Source: a virus (lineage: Duplodnaviria > Caudoviricetes). Taken from it: DNA of 43,311 bases. The DNA is taken from positions 1-43,311 of IMG/VR virus record IMGVR_UViG_3300033514_000249; one strand, given 5' to 3'. This document shows, in pieces, positions 15,279 through 25,132 of this stretch; position 1 is the first letter of the stretch, and the number at the start of each line of letters is the position of its first letter. The notes beneath the pieces were generated by a model. The model had not been told where the DNA came from, searched no databases, and saw only the letters and a list, made by a program, of their open reading frames with translations. A program made the position numbers and the translations under genes.

Positions 15279-17012
15279 TTATTTATAAAAATTTATAAGT
15301 GTTTCTCTGTTACTAAATCCTCTACTTCTTGGGCTCATAATTACAATTGGTGCACCCTGTGCTGCTTTATAAACTGATGTTCTCATTTTATTTACAGCAA
15401 AATCAACTTCATTTTCCCAACCATTCAAATCATATTTATAAACTTCTTCCATTTTAGGAAAATAATCTATATTTAAAGATTTATCATTATAATCATCTAC
15501 CAACTGTTTTTTAGTTTTTCTATCTCTGATTAAAGATGCACAGATACCAGACTGTACCCAATAATCAATTGGATCTTCATTTGCATCAGGTAATTCAGCA
15601 GCAGGTTTAAATCTACCATCAAAAATTTCATTAGGGATAATTTCTCTACCTTCTGATTCATTGATATATTTTGCTAACTGGAATAATTCAACTTTTGTTA
15701 AATCACCAATAATTGCATGAACACCAATTGAACCAATGTCATGAAAAGATGCCCATCCTAATACAATTTCAGTATGATTACCAGTTGCAACAATACCTGA
15801 CTTAAACTGATGTGATGCAGCCAATCCTTGTACTGTTCTTAACACTGCTTGTACTGATGCTTTTCCAGTATCAGATAATGTTTCATTAAAACTATTTGTA
15901 TGAACTTCAATAATTTTCTGATAAATATCTTCAATTGGATTAGTGAAATAACTAATACCTAAGTTATCACTTAATTCTTTTACAAATTTCAATGATTTAG
16001 TATTCAATGATGATGGATTAGTAATTAATACCGTATTATCTTTACCCATTGCTTTCTGAACTAAATAAGCTACAATTGCTGAATCTAATCCACCGGAAAT
16101 ATGTACTTGTCCTTTTTTAATCCCCATTAAACCAAAGTATTCTTTCTGTTCAAATACAATAGCTTCAATTATTTCTCTATATTTTTCTTTTTCATAAAAT
16201 TCAATTGGTGTAGTATCATTTAAATTAAAAGTAGTAGAAGTTTCAACAAATTGTGGAAGTGCACATATCATTTCACCATTCTTATTAAATGACATTGAAC
16301 CACCATCAAAAATAACAATGTTCTTTAAGATATCACCAACACCAAGTGCATTCACTGTAATTACATCAACATTATTATCTTTAGCAATTGAAGAAAATAA
16401 ATTATATCTTTTCTTCTGTTTATTGTAATAAAAATAAGACTGATTTGGGATAATTAAAAGTTCTGCACCCATTTGAACCATTTCTTGTGGGATATTTCTA
16501 CTATGGTCAAGATACCAAGAATCTTCACAAATAGGAATACCTATAAAAATATTAACATTTTTACTTGGAACATTAAGGTTAAATATTTTAGTTTCAGTAC
16601 CAGCACTAAAATATTTCTTATCTTCATGATGGTCTGTTGATGCTAAAATTTGTTTATCATAAAATTCAATATGGTCAGTGGAAATAACTGCAACAGAATT
16701 CTTTAAGATAGGAAATCCATTTCTATGTACACCACAAAATCTAACAACACCTACAATTACAATACCAAGATGGTTATTTTCAATCATAGTATTCTGAATA
16801 TCAAAAATCTTATTGAATTGGTCTTTTACAAAATCAATTCTATCCCATAAAGAACCACACATATAACCGGATATTGCAGTTTCTGGAAATACTGAGATTA
16901 ATGTATCATTAATTATATCAGTTTTAATACAATTAAGAATTTTATTGGTGTTTCCAACAATATCACCAGTGATAACTTTTATCTGATTAACAGATATATT
17001 GATGTTTGACAT
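15279..17012 (-). CDS. nadE: Glutamine-dependent NAD+ synthetase
   Basis: Nitrilase domain (FPE, YDK, ICED) plus synthetase domain (SGGLDS, ATGNHTE, GDLTK, KPAAEL). Confidence 0.92.
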   Translation of the reverse strand: MSNINISVNQIKVITGDIVGNTNKILNCIKTDIINDTLISVFPETAISGYMCGSLWDRIDFVKDQFNKIFDIQNTMIENNHLGIVIVGVVRFCGVHRNGFPILKNSVAVISTDHIEFYDKQILASTDHHEDKKYFSAGTETKIFNLNVPSKNVNIFIGIPICEDSWYLDHSRNIPQEMVQMGAELLIIPNQSYFYYNKQKKRYNLFSSIAKDNNVDVITVNALGVGDILKNIVIFDGGSMSFNKNGEMICALPQFVETSTTFNLNDTTPIEFYEKEKYREIIEAIVFEQKEYFGLMGIKKGQVHISGGLDSAIVAYLVQKAMGKDNTVLITNPSSLNTKSLKFVKELSDNLGISYFTNPIEDIYQKIIEVHTNSFNETLSDTGKASVQAVLRTVQGLAASHQFKSGIVATGNHTEIVLGWASFHDIGSIGVHAIIGDLTKVELFQLAKYINESEGREIIPNEIFDGRFKPAAELPDANEDPIDYWVQSGICASLIRDRKTKKQLVDDYNDKSLNIDYFPKMEEVYKYDLNGWENEVDFAVNKMRTSVYKAAQGAPIVIMSPRSRGFSNRETLINFYK

Positions 17013-17036
17013 AAGTATATTTTAATTATTAATACA

Positions 17037-17068
17037 CAAAGATAATACTTATTTTAATTATTTACAAA
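17037..17068 (-). promoter_or_regulatory. Bacteroidota-type -33/-7 promoter of nadE
   Basis: TTTG-N20-TATCTTTG. Confidence 0.7.
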
Positions 17069-17070
17069 TA

Positions 17071-17418
17071 TTATTTCTTTTTTATATACTTAAACCAAGA
17101 AAAAGATTTTCTTTTTTTAAGATAAAATAAATCATATTCATTTGTATATGCTTCTCTTTCAAAAGATAAATTCATATAAGCATCAACATTAATAAATAAT
17201 CTAATAACCCATTCTATTAGATACCATAAATAAAAGAAAAGAATAAACATTTCCAATTGTTGTTTCCAATGAATTTTTTCATGATTAATAATAAAACTAT
17301 TATTTATATGTTTTTCTTTAATATAAATACCAAAAGGTGCAAGTGTTATACCAGCTGCATTTCCAAATGTTATAAATGTAACAAACCAATTCATTTTCTT
17401 AACTTTAGGTTCAAACAT
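17071..17418 (-). CDS. HExxH-containing small membrane-associated protein
   Basis: GITLAPFG..INHEKIHWKQQLE..YLWY..SFEREAY. Confidence 0.7.
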   Translation of the reverse strand: MFEPKVKKMNWFVTFITFGNAAGITLAPFGIYIKEKHINNSFIINHEKIHWKQQLEMFILFFYLWYLIEWVIRLFINVDAYMNLSFEREAYTNEYDLFYLKKRKSFSWFKYIKKK

Positions 17419-17425
17419 AATAAAA

Positions 17426-17923
17426 TTATTTTTTTCTTGCTTTTATTTCAGCATCACTTGCAATATCATGAGCATCATTATAAGTTAAATTTTTATTTTT
17501 CATATCATTTCTTTCTGTTAGTTCATGAACAATAGTAGCATATTTATCTTTATCATTCATATCTTTATCAATCCAAACTTCATCTTCCGGAATATAATTT
17601 GGATAAATATATGCATGACCACCCATTGTCATATCAATATCAAAGTTATCTCTAACAAAAGTACCATCTACTGAATAAATTTTTATTTTATCTTTAGTAG
17701 TGGTTATTAATTTCTTATCAAAATCTTGTGATTGTTTATAGGTAATTGTTTTACCTCTTTTATTTGCTTTCTTATCTTTATCAGATAAAGGGGATTTGTC
17801 AATAATTTTATCAGTATCTTTATACTTAATATTTTCTATTTTACCACCTGTCTTATCTTTGAATTCTTTTAAATCAAATTCTTCTTTTGATTCATTTATA
17901 AATTGACTAAACCTTTTTATCAT
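17426..17923 (-). CDS. Hypothetical protein with CTS-like leader; possible zincin-like HExxE motif
   Basis: MIKRFSQFINES; GGH..YIPEDEVWID..IVHELTER..AH. Confidence 0.7.
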   Translation of the reverse strand: MIKRFSQFINESKEEFDLKEFKDKTGGKIENIKYKDTDKIIDKSPLSDKDKKANKRGKTITYKQSQDFDKKLITTTKDKIKIYSVDGTFVRDNFDIDMTMGGHAYIYPNYIPEDEVWIDKDMNDKDKYATIVHELTERNDMKNKNLTYNDAHDIASDAEIKARKK

Positions 17924-17940
17924 CTATTAAGTTATTATTT

Positions 17941-18315
17941 TTAATAATCTTCATCTTGCATACGTTCATCATCTATTGCTTGTTTAACTTCCCATATTGC
18001 ATCATCTAATGATAAAACACTATATCCTTTTGATTTTTTATTATAAAAAACTAAATGTTTATTATTTTCATTTTGATCATCAGCATATTTTTGGGCATCT
18101 GGTTTATTTAAAAATACTTTATTAATTTCAGTAGTACCATATATATGAGCTACCCATAAATCTGTATAAGGACTTAAACCATTATCAGTTTTAGGTCTAC
18201 TTTGTGGAGCAGGTTGAACATCAGGTCTTTTAGAAGTAACATTTTTATTATTACCTATTTCATCACCTTCTCTAATTCCTTCATTTAATTCTTCAAATCT
18301 TTTTAAGTTTTTCAT
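17941..18315 (-). CDS. Hypothetical protein with CTS-like leader
   Basis: MKNLKRFEELNEG. Confidence 0.7.
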   Translation of the reverse strand: MKNLKRFEELNEGIREGDEIGNNKNVTSKRPDVQPAPQSRPKTDNGLSPYTDLWVAHIYGTTEINKVFLNKPDAQKYADDQNENNKHLVFYNKKSKGYSVLSLDDAIWEVKQAIDDERMQDEDY

Positions 18316-19004
18316 ATTATATCACATAATTTTTTAAAAATATTTTCATCATATCTTATTCTTAATAATTGTATATTATTTTCTCTACAAAAATCTGTCT
18401 TAATTTTATCTCTTTCTTTTATTTTACTTAATGTATCTTCACCTCCCCAATATTTAACAGGATTATAATGTTGTTCTCCATCAAATTCTATACAAGTATT
18501 TAATTTTGGTAAATAAAAATCAAATTTTAAAGGTTTTAAGTATTCACAGCTTTTAAAAGTTTTTTGAATTTCATAATTAATATTTTTACTATCTAATATT
18601 TTTTTAATTTTTATTTCACCTTTACTATCATTACATTTTGGACAACCAGAACCATCCAAATGTGCGTTTGGTGTTTGTTCAAACATACCATGTGTTTTAC
18701 ATATAATTTTAATTTTTGTAAATGAATTTATATAATCACTTAATGAATAATCATATATATTATTATGTACTTTACTTGCTTTTTTATTAAATTCATCAGT
18801 TGTTACATCTTTATTTGCACATTTTAAACATCCACAACCACTTAAATGACTATTTGGTATTTGTTCAAATTCACCGTGTATAGGACATATAATTTTAACT
18901 TTATTATTAACACCATTATAATTAAATAATGAATAATCATAAAAATTATTATGTATAATTTTTAATTTTTCTATAATTATTTCTTGTGTGTATTTTTCAG
19001 CCAT
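18312..19004 (-). CDS. Putative homing endonuclease (tandem DUF723-like Zn repeats plus Vsr/DUF559-like nuclease)
   Basis: Two YDYS..KIIC..HG.FEQ.PN.HL.G.GC.KC repeats; SKGE, FDFYLP, IEFDGEQHY. Confidence 0.8.
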   Translation of the reverse strand: MAEKYTQEIIIEKLKIIHNNFYDYSLFNYNGVNNKVKIICPIHGEFEQIPNSHLSGCGCLKCANKDVTTDEFNKKASKVHNNIYDYSLSDYINSFTKIKIICKTHGMFEQTPNAHLDGSGCPKCNDSKGEIKIKKILDSKNINYEIQKTFKSCEYLKPLKFDFYLPKLNTCIEFDGEQHYNPVKYWGGEDTLSKIKERDKIKTDFCRENNIQLLRIRYDENIFKKLCDII

Positions 19005-19909
19005 TATTTTCCAAATTTATTTTTAATTAAATTTAAAAATATCCAGGCTTCTTCGTCATTTCTTAAAATTTTAGTACAAATTGGTAAAGTCCAAGGTGAT
19101 ACATTTTTAATAGTATAAACATCGGGTTTTCCATCCAACCCAACTTTTTCTCCCAGCCAGAGAAAAATTAGGTGATTCTTCCAATCTGAAACCTGTAATT
19201 CTGCACGGGTTCCATCACCTGCAACCTTATCATATTTAATTAAGTTACTATCACAGAAATTTAAAATATGTAAATCTGGTAATTTAATTTCTTTATTAAT
19301 TTCATCTACCCATTGATTCCAATCTTCATCACCTTTAGATGCATTTAATTCACCTTTTTTCCATTTACTGAACATATTTGAAAATGTAGTATCTGCTTCT
19401 CTTTCTGGTTCATTATTTAATGGATTAATAATTAAAGGTTTACCAAATTTAGATGTATTAATTTTTTTATCAAGTCCAATATTTTTAATATCTTCACCTC
19501 TTACTACACATTCTTCACCAAAGAATTTTTCAACATCTTGTCTCCAATTGTTAGGATCACTACTAAAATCTATTCCACCACCAAGATAGAGTGCGTTAAC
19601 ATGGTCAATACCAGTAAGGTCAGTAGGGTCTAATACTTTAAGACCTTCTAACATTTTAGGTAACATTCTTTCTCTATTTTTAATAAGAAATCTTATTGCT
19701 ACTTCAGTAAGCCAATTAGATAATTTAAGTTTAATAGGATCTAAGAAACCTTCATTAAGTGATTCTTTAGCATAGCTCATTTTTTTAAGAACTACTTCTA
19801 AGTCTTTTCTTTCTTTAAATGGAAGAAATAATAATGCTTCTAATTCACTCATTGCATTATCTTCAAATCTTTCATTTACAAAATTATCCCAAGGTTTAAT
19901 TGTTTTCAT
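19004..19909 (-). CDS. Nucleoside 2-deoxyribosyltransferase-like protein; paralog of 22044-22964
   Basis: LYLGGGID..NWR..NPL..D..LNFCD..GTRAEL; leader MKTIKPWDNFVNE. Confidence 0.6.
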   Translation of the reverse strand: MKTIKPWDNFVNERFEDNAMSELEALLFLPFKERKDLEVVLKKMSYAKESLNEGFLDPIKLKLSNWLTEVAIRFLIKNRERMLPKMLEGLKVLDPTDLTGIDHVNALYLGGGIDFSSDPNNWRQDVEKFFGEECVVRGEDIKNIGLDKKINTSKFGKPLIINPLNNEPEREADTTFSNMFSKWKKGELNASKGDEDWNQWVDEINKEIKLPDLHILNFCDSNLIKYDKVAGDGTRAELQVSDWKNHLIFLWLGEKVGLDGKPDVYTIKNVSPWTLPICTKILRNDEEAWIFLNLIKNKFGK

Positions 19910-20025
19910 ATTATAATTTGTTTGTTTTTTATATTTACTTATATATTAAAAATATATCTTTTATTTTTTAATAATTGACTTTTGATATTTAATATATAAA
20001 AGTATAAAATTATTAAACTTAAAAA

Positions 20026-21279
20026 ATGTTAAAAGCAATTAAAATAAGATTATATCCAGATAAAGACCAAGTAATTTACATCAATAAATTACTTGGTTCT
20101 TGTAGATTTGCTTATAATCAATGCCTTTCATATAAAATAGAAGAATATATAAAAACTAAAAAATCAATTAGTTTTGGGGAATTAGGTAAATATTTATTAC
20201 AGATAAAAACTGATAATTCATTTTTAAAAGAAGTTCATTCAAAAGTTCTTCAACAAACTTTAATAAATCTCCAAGGAGCATATACCAATTTTTTTAAAAA
20301 TAAAAAAGGATTTCCAAAATTTAAATCAAGAAAAGATAATAATCAATCTTGTAGATTTCCAGTGGATGCAATAATGGGAATAGAAGGAAACAGAATTAAT
20401 ATCATTAAAGTTTTAAAAGATATTCATTTTAAATGTTCAGTAAAGGATGAAGTTTATTTAAATAAATATCAGAATTTAATAAAATCCGGAACTTTAACTA
20501 AAACAAAATCAAATAAATATTATTTTTCTATATTGATTGATAGAAATGATACTAAAATTTTACCAACATCAACTAATATAATAGGAATAGATTTGGGAAT
20601 AAAAGATTTCATAATTACTTCAGAAGGAGTTAGTTATGAAAACATTAAAGTGAAAAGAAATAATGAAAAAAAGTTAATTAAATTAAATAGACAACTAAGT
20701 AAAAAAACAAATGGATCAAAAAATAAAGAAAAACAAAGAATAAAACTTGCAAAATTTCATGAAAAATTAAACAATCAAAAAGATTATTATTTACATTCAA
20801 TAGTGAATCAATTACTTAATGAAAACCAAGTGGTAGTAATTGAGGATTTAAATGTAAGTGGAATGATGAAAAACCATAAATTAGCTAAATCAATTCAAGA
20901 ATTATCAATAGGAAGATTTAATCAAATTTTAGAATATAAAGCTGATTGGTATGGTAAAGACATCATTGAAATAGATAGATGGTTTCCTTCAAGTAAATTA
21001 TGTTCTGTATGTGGATATAAAAATGATAAATTAACTTTATCTGACAGAGAATGGGTTTGTCCAAAGTGTCGTACAAAACATAACAGGGATTTAAATGCTG
21101 CAATTAATATAGAAAAAGAAGGAAAAAGAATTTTATTAATAAGTAAAAATAAAATAGGGTTGAGTTCACCCGAATATACGCTTGTGGAGAGTAGCTCTAT
21201 GGACGACCGTCAAGAAATTGACCTAAGAAGTACCTACTCAATGAAGCAAGAAAAGAATATCATTAATGATATTTATTAA
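20026..21279 (+). CDS. tnpB: TnpB RNA-guided endonuclease (IS200/IS605 OrfB)
   Basis: KAIKIRLYP..GSCRFAYN; RuvC GIDLG, IEDL, RDLNAAIN; Zn ribbon CSVC..CPKC. Confidence 0.93.
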   Translation: MLKAIKIRLYPDKDQVIYINKLLGSCRFAYNQCLSYKIEEYIKTKKSISFGELGKYLLQIKTDNSFLKEVHSKVLQQTLINLQGAYTNFFKNKKGFPKFKSRKDNNQSCRFPVDAIMGIEGNRINIIKVLKDIHFKCSVKDEVYLNKYQNLIKSGTLTKTKSNKYYFSILIDRNDTKILPTSTNIIGIDLGIKDFIITSEGVSYENIKVKRNNEKKLIKLNRQLSKKTNGSKNKEKQRIKLAKFHEKLNNQKDYYLHSIVNQLLNENQVVVIEDLNVSGMMKNHKLAKSIQELSIGRFNQILEYKADWYGKDIIEIDRWFPSSKLCSVCGYKNDKLTLSDREWVCPKCRTKHNRDLNAAINIEKEGKRILLISKNKIGLSSPEYTLVESSSMDDRQEIDLRSTYSMKQEKNIINDIY

Positions 21280-21653
21280 TCATCATTTAATGATAGAATT
21301 ATATATTTATTATTCATTTCATCTTTTGTTATAAGTGGTCTGGTATTAGTTCCAAAAAAATCAATACCATTCTTTACACATTCTTCTCTGATTGATTTAT
21401 GTAGTGCATATTGGATTAAAATATATGCTTTATTATCTCTTAATTCAGGTGTAACAAATACAAATTCCCATCTATCTTGATGAATAGTTACAAACACTTG
21501 TTTTAATTGTGGACATTCTTCATTAATTTTCTTTTTTGCCCACTTAGATAATTCATAATATTTTTTTATACTAAAAGGTATAATAACATTTAGTATAATT
21601 TGTTCATCATTTTCCATAGATTCAAACATTTTATATGTTAAAATTTTTGTCAT
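21276..21653 (-). CDS. Hypothetical protein with CTS-like leader
   Basis: MTKILTYKMFES. Confidence 0.65.
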   Translation of the reverse strand: MTKILTYKMFESMENDEQIILNVIIPFSIKKYYELSKWAKKKINEECPQLKQVFVTIHQDRWEFVFVTPELRDNKAYILIQYALHKSIREECVKNGIDFFGTNTRPLITKDEMNNKYIILSLNDD

Positions 21654-21655
21654 TT

Positions 21656-22042
21656 TTATTTTCTTAATTTATCATCAATAACAACTTCATCTTCACTTAT
21701 ATTACCACTTACTGATAGATGTACTTTATCTAATAAATCATCTATAAATTTCTTATATCCATTTTTATAAAGATACACAAAATTTTTAAGATTTTCACCC
21801 ATTTCTTCTTCATCATCAAAATCTTCAATAGACATATTTAAAAATCCAGTATAATCTTCACTATTATAATCTAATTGATAATCTTTAGATACATATTTAA
21901 TGATTTCTATTGCACTGGATAATTTATTAAGTAAATCATCTAATACTTTATTTCTAGCACTTAATATTTCTGACTCTGATTTAGGTAACATTTTATCTCT
22001 GATACTACCTTCATTTATTTCTTCAAATCTTTTTAGTTTCAT
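21656..22042 (-). CDS. Hypothetical protein with CTS-like leader and SIRDKM module (start revised)
   Basis: MKLKRFEEINEGSIRDKMLPKSESEI; ATG immediately after the upstream stop. Confidence 0.7.
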   Translation of the reverse strand: MKLKRFEEINEGSIRDKMLPKSESEILSARNKVLDDLLNKLSSAIEIIKYVSKDYQLDYNSEDYTGFLNMSIEDFDDEEEMGENLKNFVYLYKNGYKKFIDDLLDKVHLSVSGNISEDEVVIDDKLRK

Positions 22043-22043
22043 A

Positions 22044-22964
22044 TTATTTATTAAATTTTTTAATAGTATCAATTAATAATTGAACTTCTTTATCACCTCT
22101 AACAATTTTAGTTACTGAACCAATAGTCCAAGGGGAAATATTTTTAGTTTTAAGTCTTATTTTTTCACTATCAAACATATCACTATCTACCCACATAAAG
22201 ATATTTTGTTTTCTATTCATTGATAATTGTAATTCACCTTTTGTACCTGCACCAGCTGTACCATCCCAATGAACAAAATTTGTATCACAAACATTAAATG
22301 CTCTTAAATCAAATGCAACTACATTAGTATTAAAATAAGATTGTAACTTATTAAATTTTTCTGAATCTTTATTAAAAGGTTCATCAAATTCACCACCTTT
22401 AAATGCTTTATAAGCATCTTTAAAATCAGTATTATCTCTAATAACTTCATTTCTTAATGGATTAAATAAAATTGGCATCTTATATTTATCTTTAGTCTTC
22501 TGACTTAATTTTCCACTTAAACTTAATTCAATTGCTTCTTTTGAATACATCACATGTGGATTTGGTTCTTGTTCACTGAATTGATCTTCAAACCAATATC
22601 TCCAGTTTTGTTCTATGTTAGTAGCTGCATCAATACCACCACCAAGATAGATAATTTCACATTTTTTAATATCTGAAAAATCAGTTGGGTCAAATACATT
22701 TATAACTTTTATCTTTGCATCTAAATGTTTTTCAGTACTTTCAATTAAGTATCTGATTGCTTGTTTAGATAACCATTGGTCAAATTTATATTTGATATTA
22801 TCCCATAATCCTTCTGTAACAGGTTGTTTTTTAATCAAGGTTGCTTTTAATTCTTTAATGGCTGATAATGGCATATTAGATGTTAAAAGTTCATCAAATA
22901 AATCTTTGTCTGTAAAATATAGACCTTCATTAAGGAATTTATCATATTTAATTATATTATTCAT
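22044..22964 (-). CDS. Nucleoside 2-deoxyribosyltransferase-like protein; paralog of 19004-19909
   Basis: IYLGGGID..NWR..FNPLRNE..D..FNVCD..GTKGEL..ISPWT; leader MNNIIKYDKFLNEG. Confidence 0.6.
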   Translation of the reverse strand: MNNIIKYDKFLNEGLYFTDKDLFDELLTSNMPLSAIKELKATLIKKQPVTEGLWDNIKYKFDQWLSKQAIRYLIESTEKHLDAKIKVINVFDPTDFSDIKKCEIIYLGGGIDAATNIEQNWRYWFEDQFSEQEPNPHVMYSKEAIELSLSGKLSQKTKDKYKMPILFNPLRNEVIRDNTDFKDAYKAFKGGEFDEPFNKDSEKFNKLQSYFNTNVVAFDLRAFNVCDTNFVHWDGTAGAGTKGELQLSMNRKQNIFMWVDSDMFDSEKIRLKTKNISPWTIGSVTKIVRGDKEVQLLIDTIKKFNK

Positions 22965-23055
22965 AAAATAAAATGTTTATTTTTCAGTATATATAAAAAT
23001 AATAAAATAATAAATATAATATATCATAATCTCGCACCTTTTTTATTTTTCCTTT

Positions 23056-23065
23056 TTAATATATA
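23056..23065 (+). promoter_or_regulatory. Representative phage (late-type) promoter motif TT(A/T)ATATATA; about 20 copies in the window
   Basis: Plus strand at 1142, 1882, 3637, 6709, 19989, 23056, 23875, 29012, 31000, 37145. Minus strand at 4292, 5682, 19940, 22988, 28970, 32663, 35970, 37084, 39814, 42444. Each lies shortly upstream of a start codon. Confidence 0.65.
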
Positions 23066-23070
23066 GAAAT

Positions 23071-23871
23071 ATGAAAACTTTTAATCAATTTACAAATGAA
23101 TCTATAAGGGATAAAATGATTCCTAAATCAGAAAAAGATATTGATAATGCAATGAGTGAATTAATCAAATATTGTAATTATAAACCTGAATATAAAGATA
23201 ATATAATAAGAGCATCATTAATAGAAACTAGTAAAAACGCAAATAGTGAATATGATTATAGTGATTTATTTTTTCTTAGACTTTATATAAAGAATAACTT
23301 CAATATTGATAATATAACAGAATATAGTGATATGGGTAGATTTTCAAGAATTATGAAAGATATGTTACCTAAATTAATGAAACAATATGGTATTGGTAAA
23401 ACTAATGAATCTATAAGGGATAAAATGATCCCTAAATCAAAAGAAGAAATTGATAGAATTATTGGACAACTTACACCAACTGAAAAATTTATAAAAGGTT
23501 ATAAAGAAAACTATAAGTGGTTAATGGAATTAGCAATGAAGGAAGGTGTAACAGAAGAAGAAATATGGGAATTATTAATAAAATTTAAAACATTTAATAC
23601 AGATAAATTACATTTTGGTTGTATGATTGGGTCTCCTAAAATTGTTCAAAAGGCAATAGATATAATTCCTAATCTTACAACAAGATTAAAAGAAGTGTAT
23701 TATCATGCATTAGATTTAGCTATTCATAATAATAATGTAGAATGTGTAGATTTACTAATAAAAATTAATAGAAAATATTATAATTTAATTGATATTAAAA
23801 ATAAAGCACAAAAAATGGATAAGAATGATATAATTAAATTAGTAGATGGATATTTAAAAACAAATAATTAA
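23071..23871 (+). CDS. Protein with two NESIRDKMIPKS modules and ankyrin-like C-terminus
   Basis: MKTFNQFTNESIRDKMIPKS, internal TNESIRDKMIPKS, ALDLAIHNNNVECVDLLI. Confidence 0.75.
   Translation: MKTFNQFTNESIRDKMIPKSEKDIDNAMSELIKYCNYKPEYKDNIIRASLIETSKNANSEYDYSDLFFLRLYIKNNFNIDNITEYSDMGRFSRIMKDMLPKLMKQYGIGKTNESIRDKMIPKSKEEIDRIIGQLTPTEKFIKGYKENYKWLMELAMKEGVTEEEIWELLIKFKTFNTDKLHFGCMIGSPKIVQKAIDIIPNLTTRLKEVYYHALDLAIHNNNVECVDLLIKINRKYYNLIDIKNKAQKMDKNDIIKLVDGYLKTNN
23095..23439 (+). repeat. 36-bp dispersed repeat (23095-23130, 23404-23439; third copy on the minus strand at 38882-38917)
   Basis: aatgaatctataagggataaaatgat(t/c)cctaaatca; copies 1 and 3 are identical, copy 2 has one mismatch. Confidence 0.85.
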
Positions 23872-23907
23872 AAATTAATATATAATAAAAAAATAAATAA
23901 TATTTCA

Positions 23908-24726
23908 ATGATAATTAATTACAATAAATTTAAAAGTCACATTCAAGAAAATACTAAATTCAAAACACACCATGTAACATCAGTGTTAAATGAATTAGTA
24001 GATTATAATGAGATTAGAAAATATAATAATATGTTTGACTATACTCAATTAGATCCTGCTGCAACAGAAGAAGATATTATGCAACTTACTGAAAAAGCTA
24101 GAATGATTGAACCAGCATCTATTTGTATATTACCTAAAATGGTAGCATTTGGTAAAGAACAATTAAAAGATACTGACATAATGGTTTGTACTGTTATATC
24201 TTTCCCTGGTGGTGATAATTCATTACAAGATAAATTAACTGAAACTAAACAAGCAATTGCTGATGGTGCAGATGAAATTGATATGGTATTAGATTATAAA
24301 AAATTAAAAGCAAATTGGGAAGGTGATTCAGTAGATGAAGAAACAAGACAATATTTACTTGAAGATATTTCACAATTAGCAGAAGAATGTCATAAAAGTG
24401 ATATTACATTAAAGGTAATTGTAGAGAGTGGATTATTAGATATTCAACAAACTATATTATGTACTGAACTTTGTTTAGAAGCTGGTGCTGATTTTATTAA
24501 AACTTCAACAGGTAAAGTTGCAGTTGGTGCTGAACTTGATAAAGTAAAAGCAATGAAAAATACAATCGGTGAATTTGGTGGTACTATGTTTATTAAAGCA
24601 TCCGGTGGAATCAGAACAATTGAAGATGTTAAAAAGTTTGCTCCTTATGTTGATAGATTTGGTGTTGGTTGGGGTGCAGTTGATAGTATGAATGGTATAA
24701 GTGGACAAGCAAAAAGTAATTATTAA
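23908..24726 (+). CDS. deoC: Deoxyribose-phosphate aldolase with N-terminal extension
   Basis: DYTQL, CTVISFP, GADEIDMV, LKVIVE, ADFIKTSTG, IKASGGIRT. Confidence 0.93.
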   Translation: MIINYNKFKSHIQENTKFKTHHVTSVLNELVDYNEIRKYNNMFDYTQLDPAATEEDIMQLTEKARMIEPASICILPKMVAFGKEQLKDTDIMVCTVISFPGGDNSLQDKLTETKQAIADGADEIDMVLDYKKLKANWEGDSVDEETRQYLLEDISQLAEECHKSDITLKVIVESGLLDIQQTILCTELCLEAGADFIKTSTGKVAVGAELDKVKAMKNTIGEFGGTMFIKASGGIRTIEDVKKFAPYVDRFGVGWGAVDSMNGISGQAKSNY

Positions 24727-24729
24727 AAT

Positions 24730-24948
24730 ATGAAATTAAAAAGATTTAATGAGGAATATGAAGGTTATGATGATGAAAATATGAATTTGAGTCCAGAAGA
24801 AAAAGAAATTAAAAAATATAAAGATTGTATTAATGATATAGAATACATATTAACTCATATTAAAAAACAACCATATGATTATGGTGAAGCTGCTGATGAA
24901 GCTCTTAGTGAAATTAAAAATTTAATTAATGAAGTTAAAAGAAAATAA
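24730..24948 (+). CDS. Hypothetical protein with CTS-like leader
   Basis: MKLKRFNEE. Confidence 0.65.
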   Translation: MKLKRFNEEYEGYDDENMNLSPEEKEIKKYKDCINDIEYILTHIKKQPYDYGEAADEALSEIKNLINEVKRK

Positions 24949-24957
24949 TTATTAAAA

Positions 24958-25131
24958 ATGAAAAATTGGGAAGAATATTTTGGAAAGTTTGAAGATGTAG
25001 ATATAAATGAAGCATTTGAAGAACAAGACAACACACCATTAGAAGATTTATTAAGAGAATATGAAGTATTTAATCCAGAAGCTTTTATTAATTACCTTGA
25101 TGAAAATGGATACAAAATAATTAAGAAATAA
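24958..25131 (+). CDS. Small acidic protein (57 aa, MKNWEEYF...), not in the supplied ORF track
   Basis: ATG-TAA ORF filling the gap between 24948 and 25133. Confidence 0.6.
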   Translation: MKNWEEYFGKFEDVDINEAFEEQDNTPLEDLLREYEVFNPEAFINYLDENGYKIIKK

Positions 25132-25132
25132 T

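Noticed and set aside
20026-21279. Cas12f/Cas14 effector
   Set aside because: Typical TnpB size and motifs; no array nearby.
23095-23439. 36-bp repeats as a CRISPR array
   Set aside because: The copies are in-frame coding, about 270 bp apart or dispersed, with no regular spacers and no cas genes.
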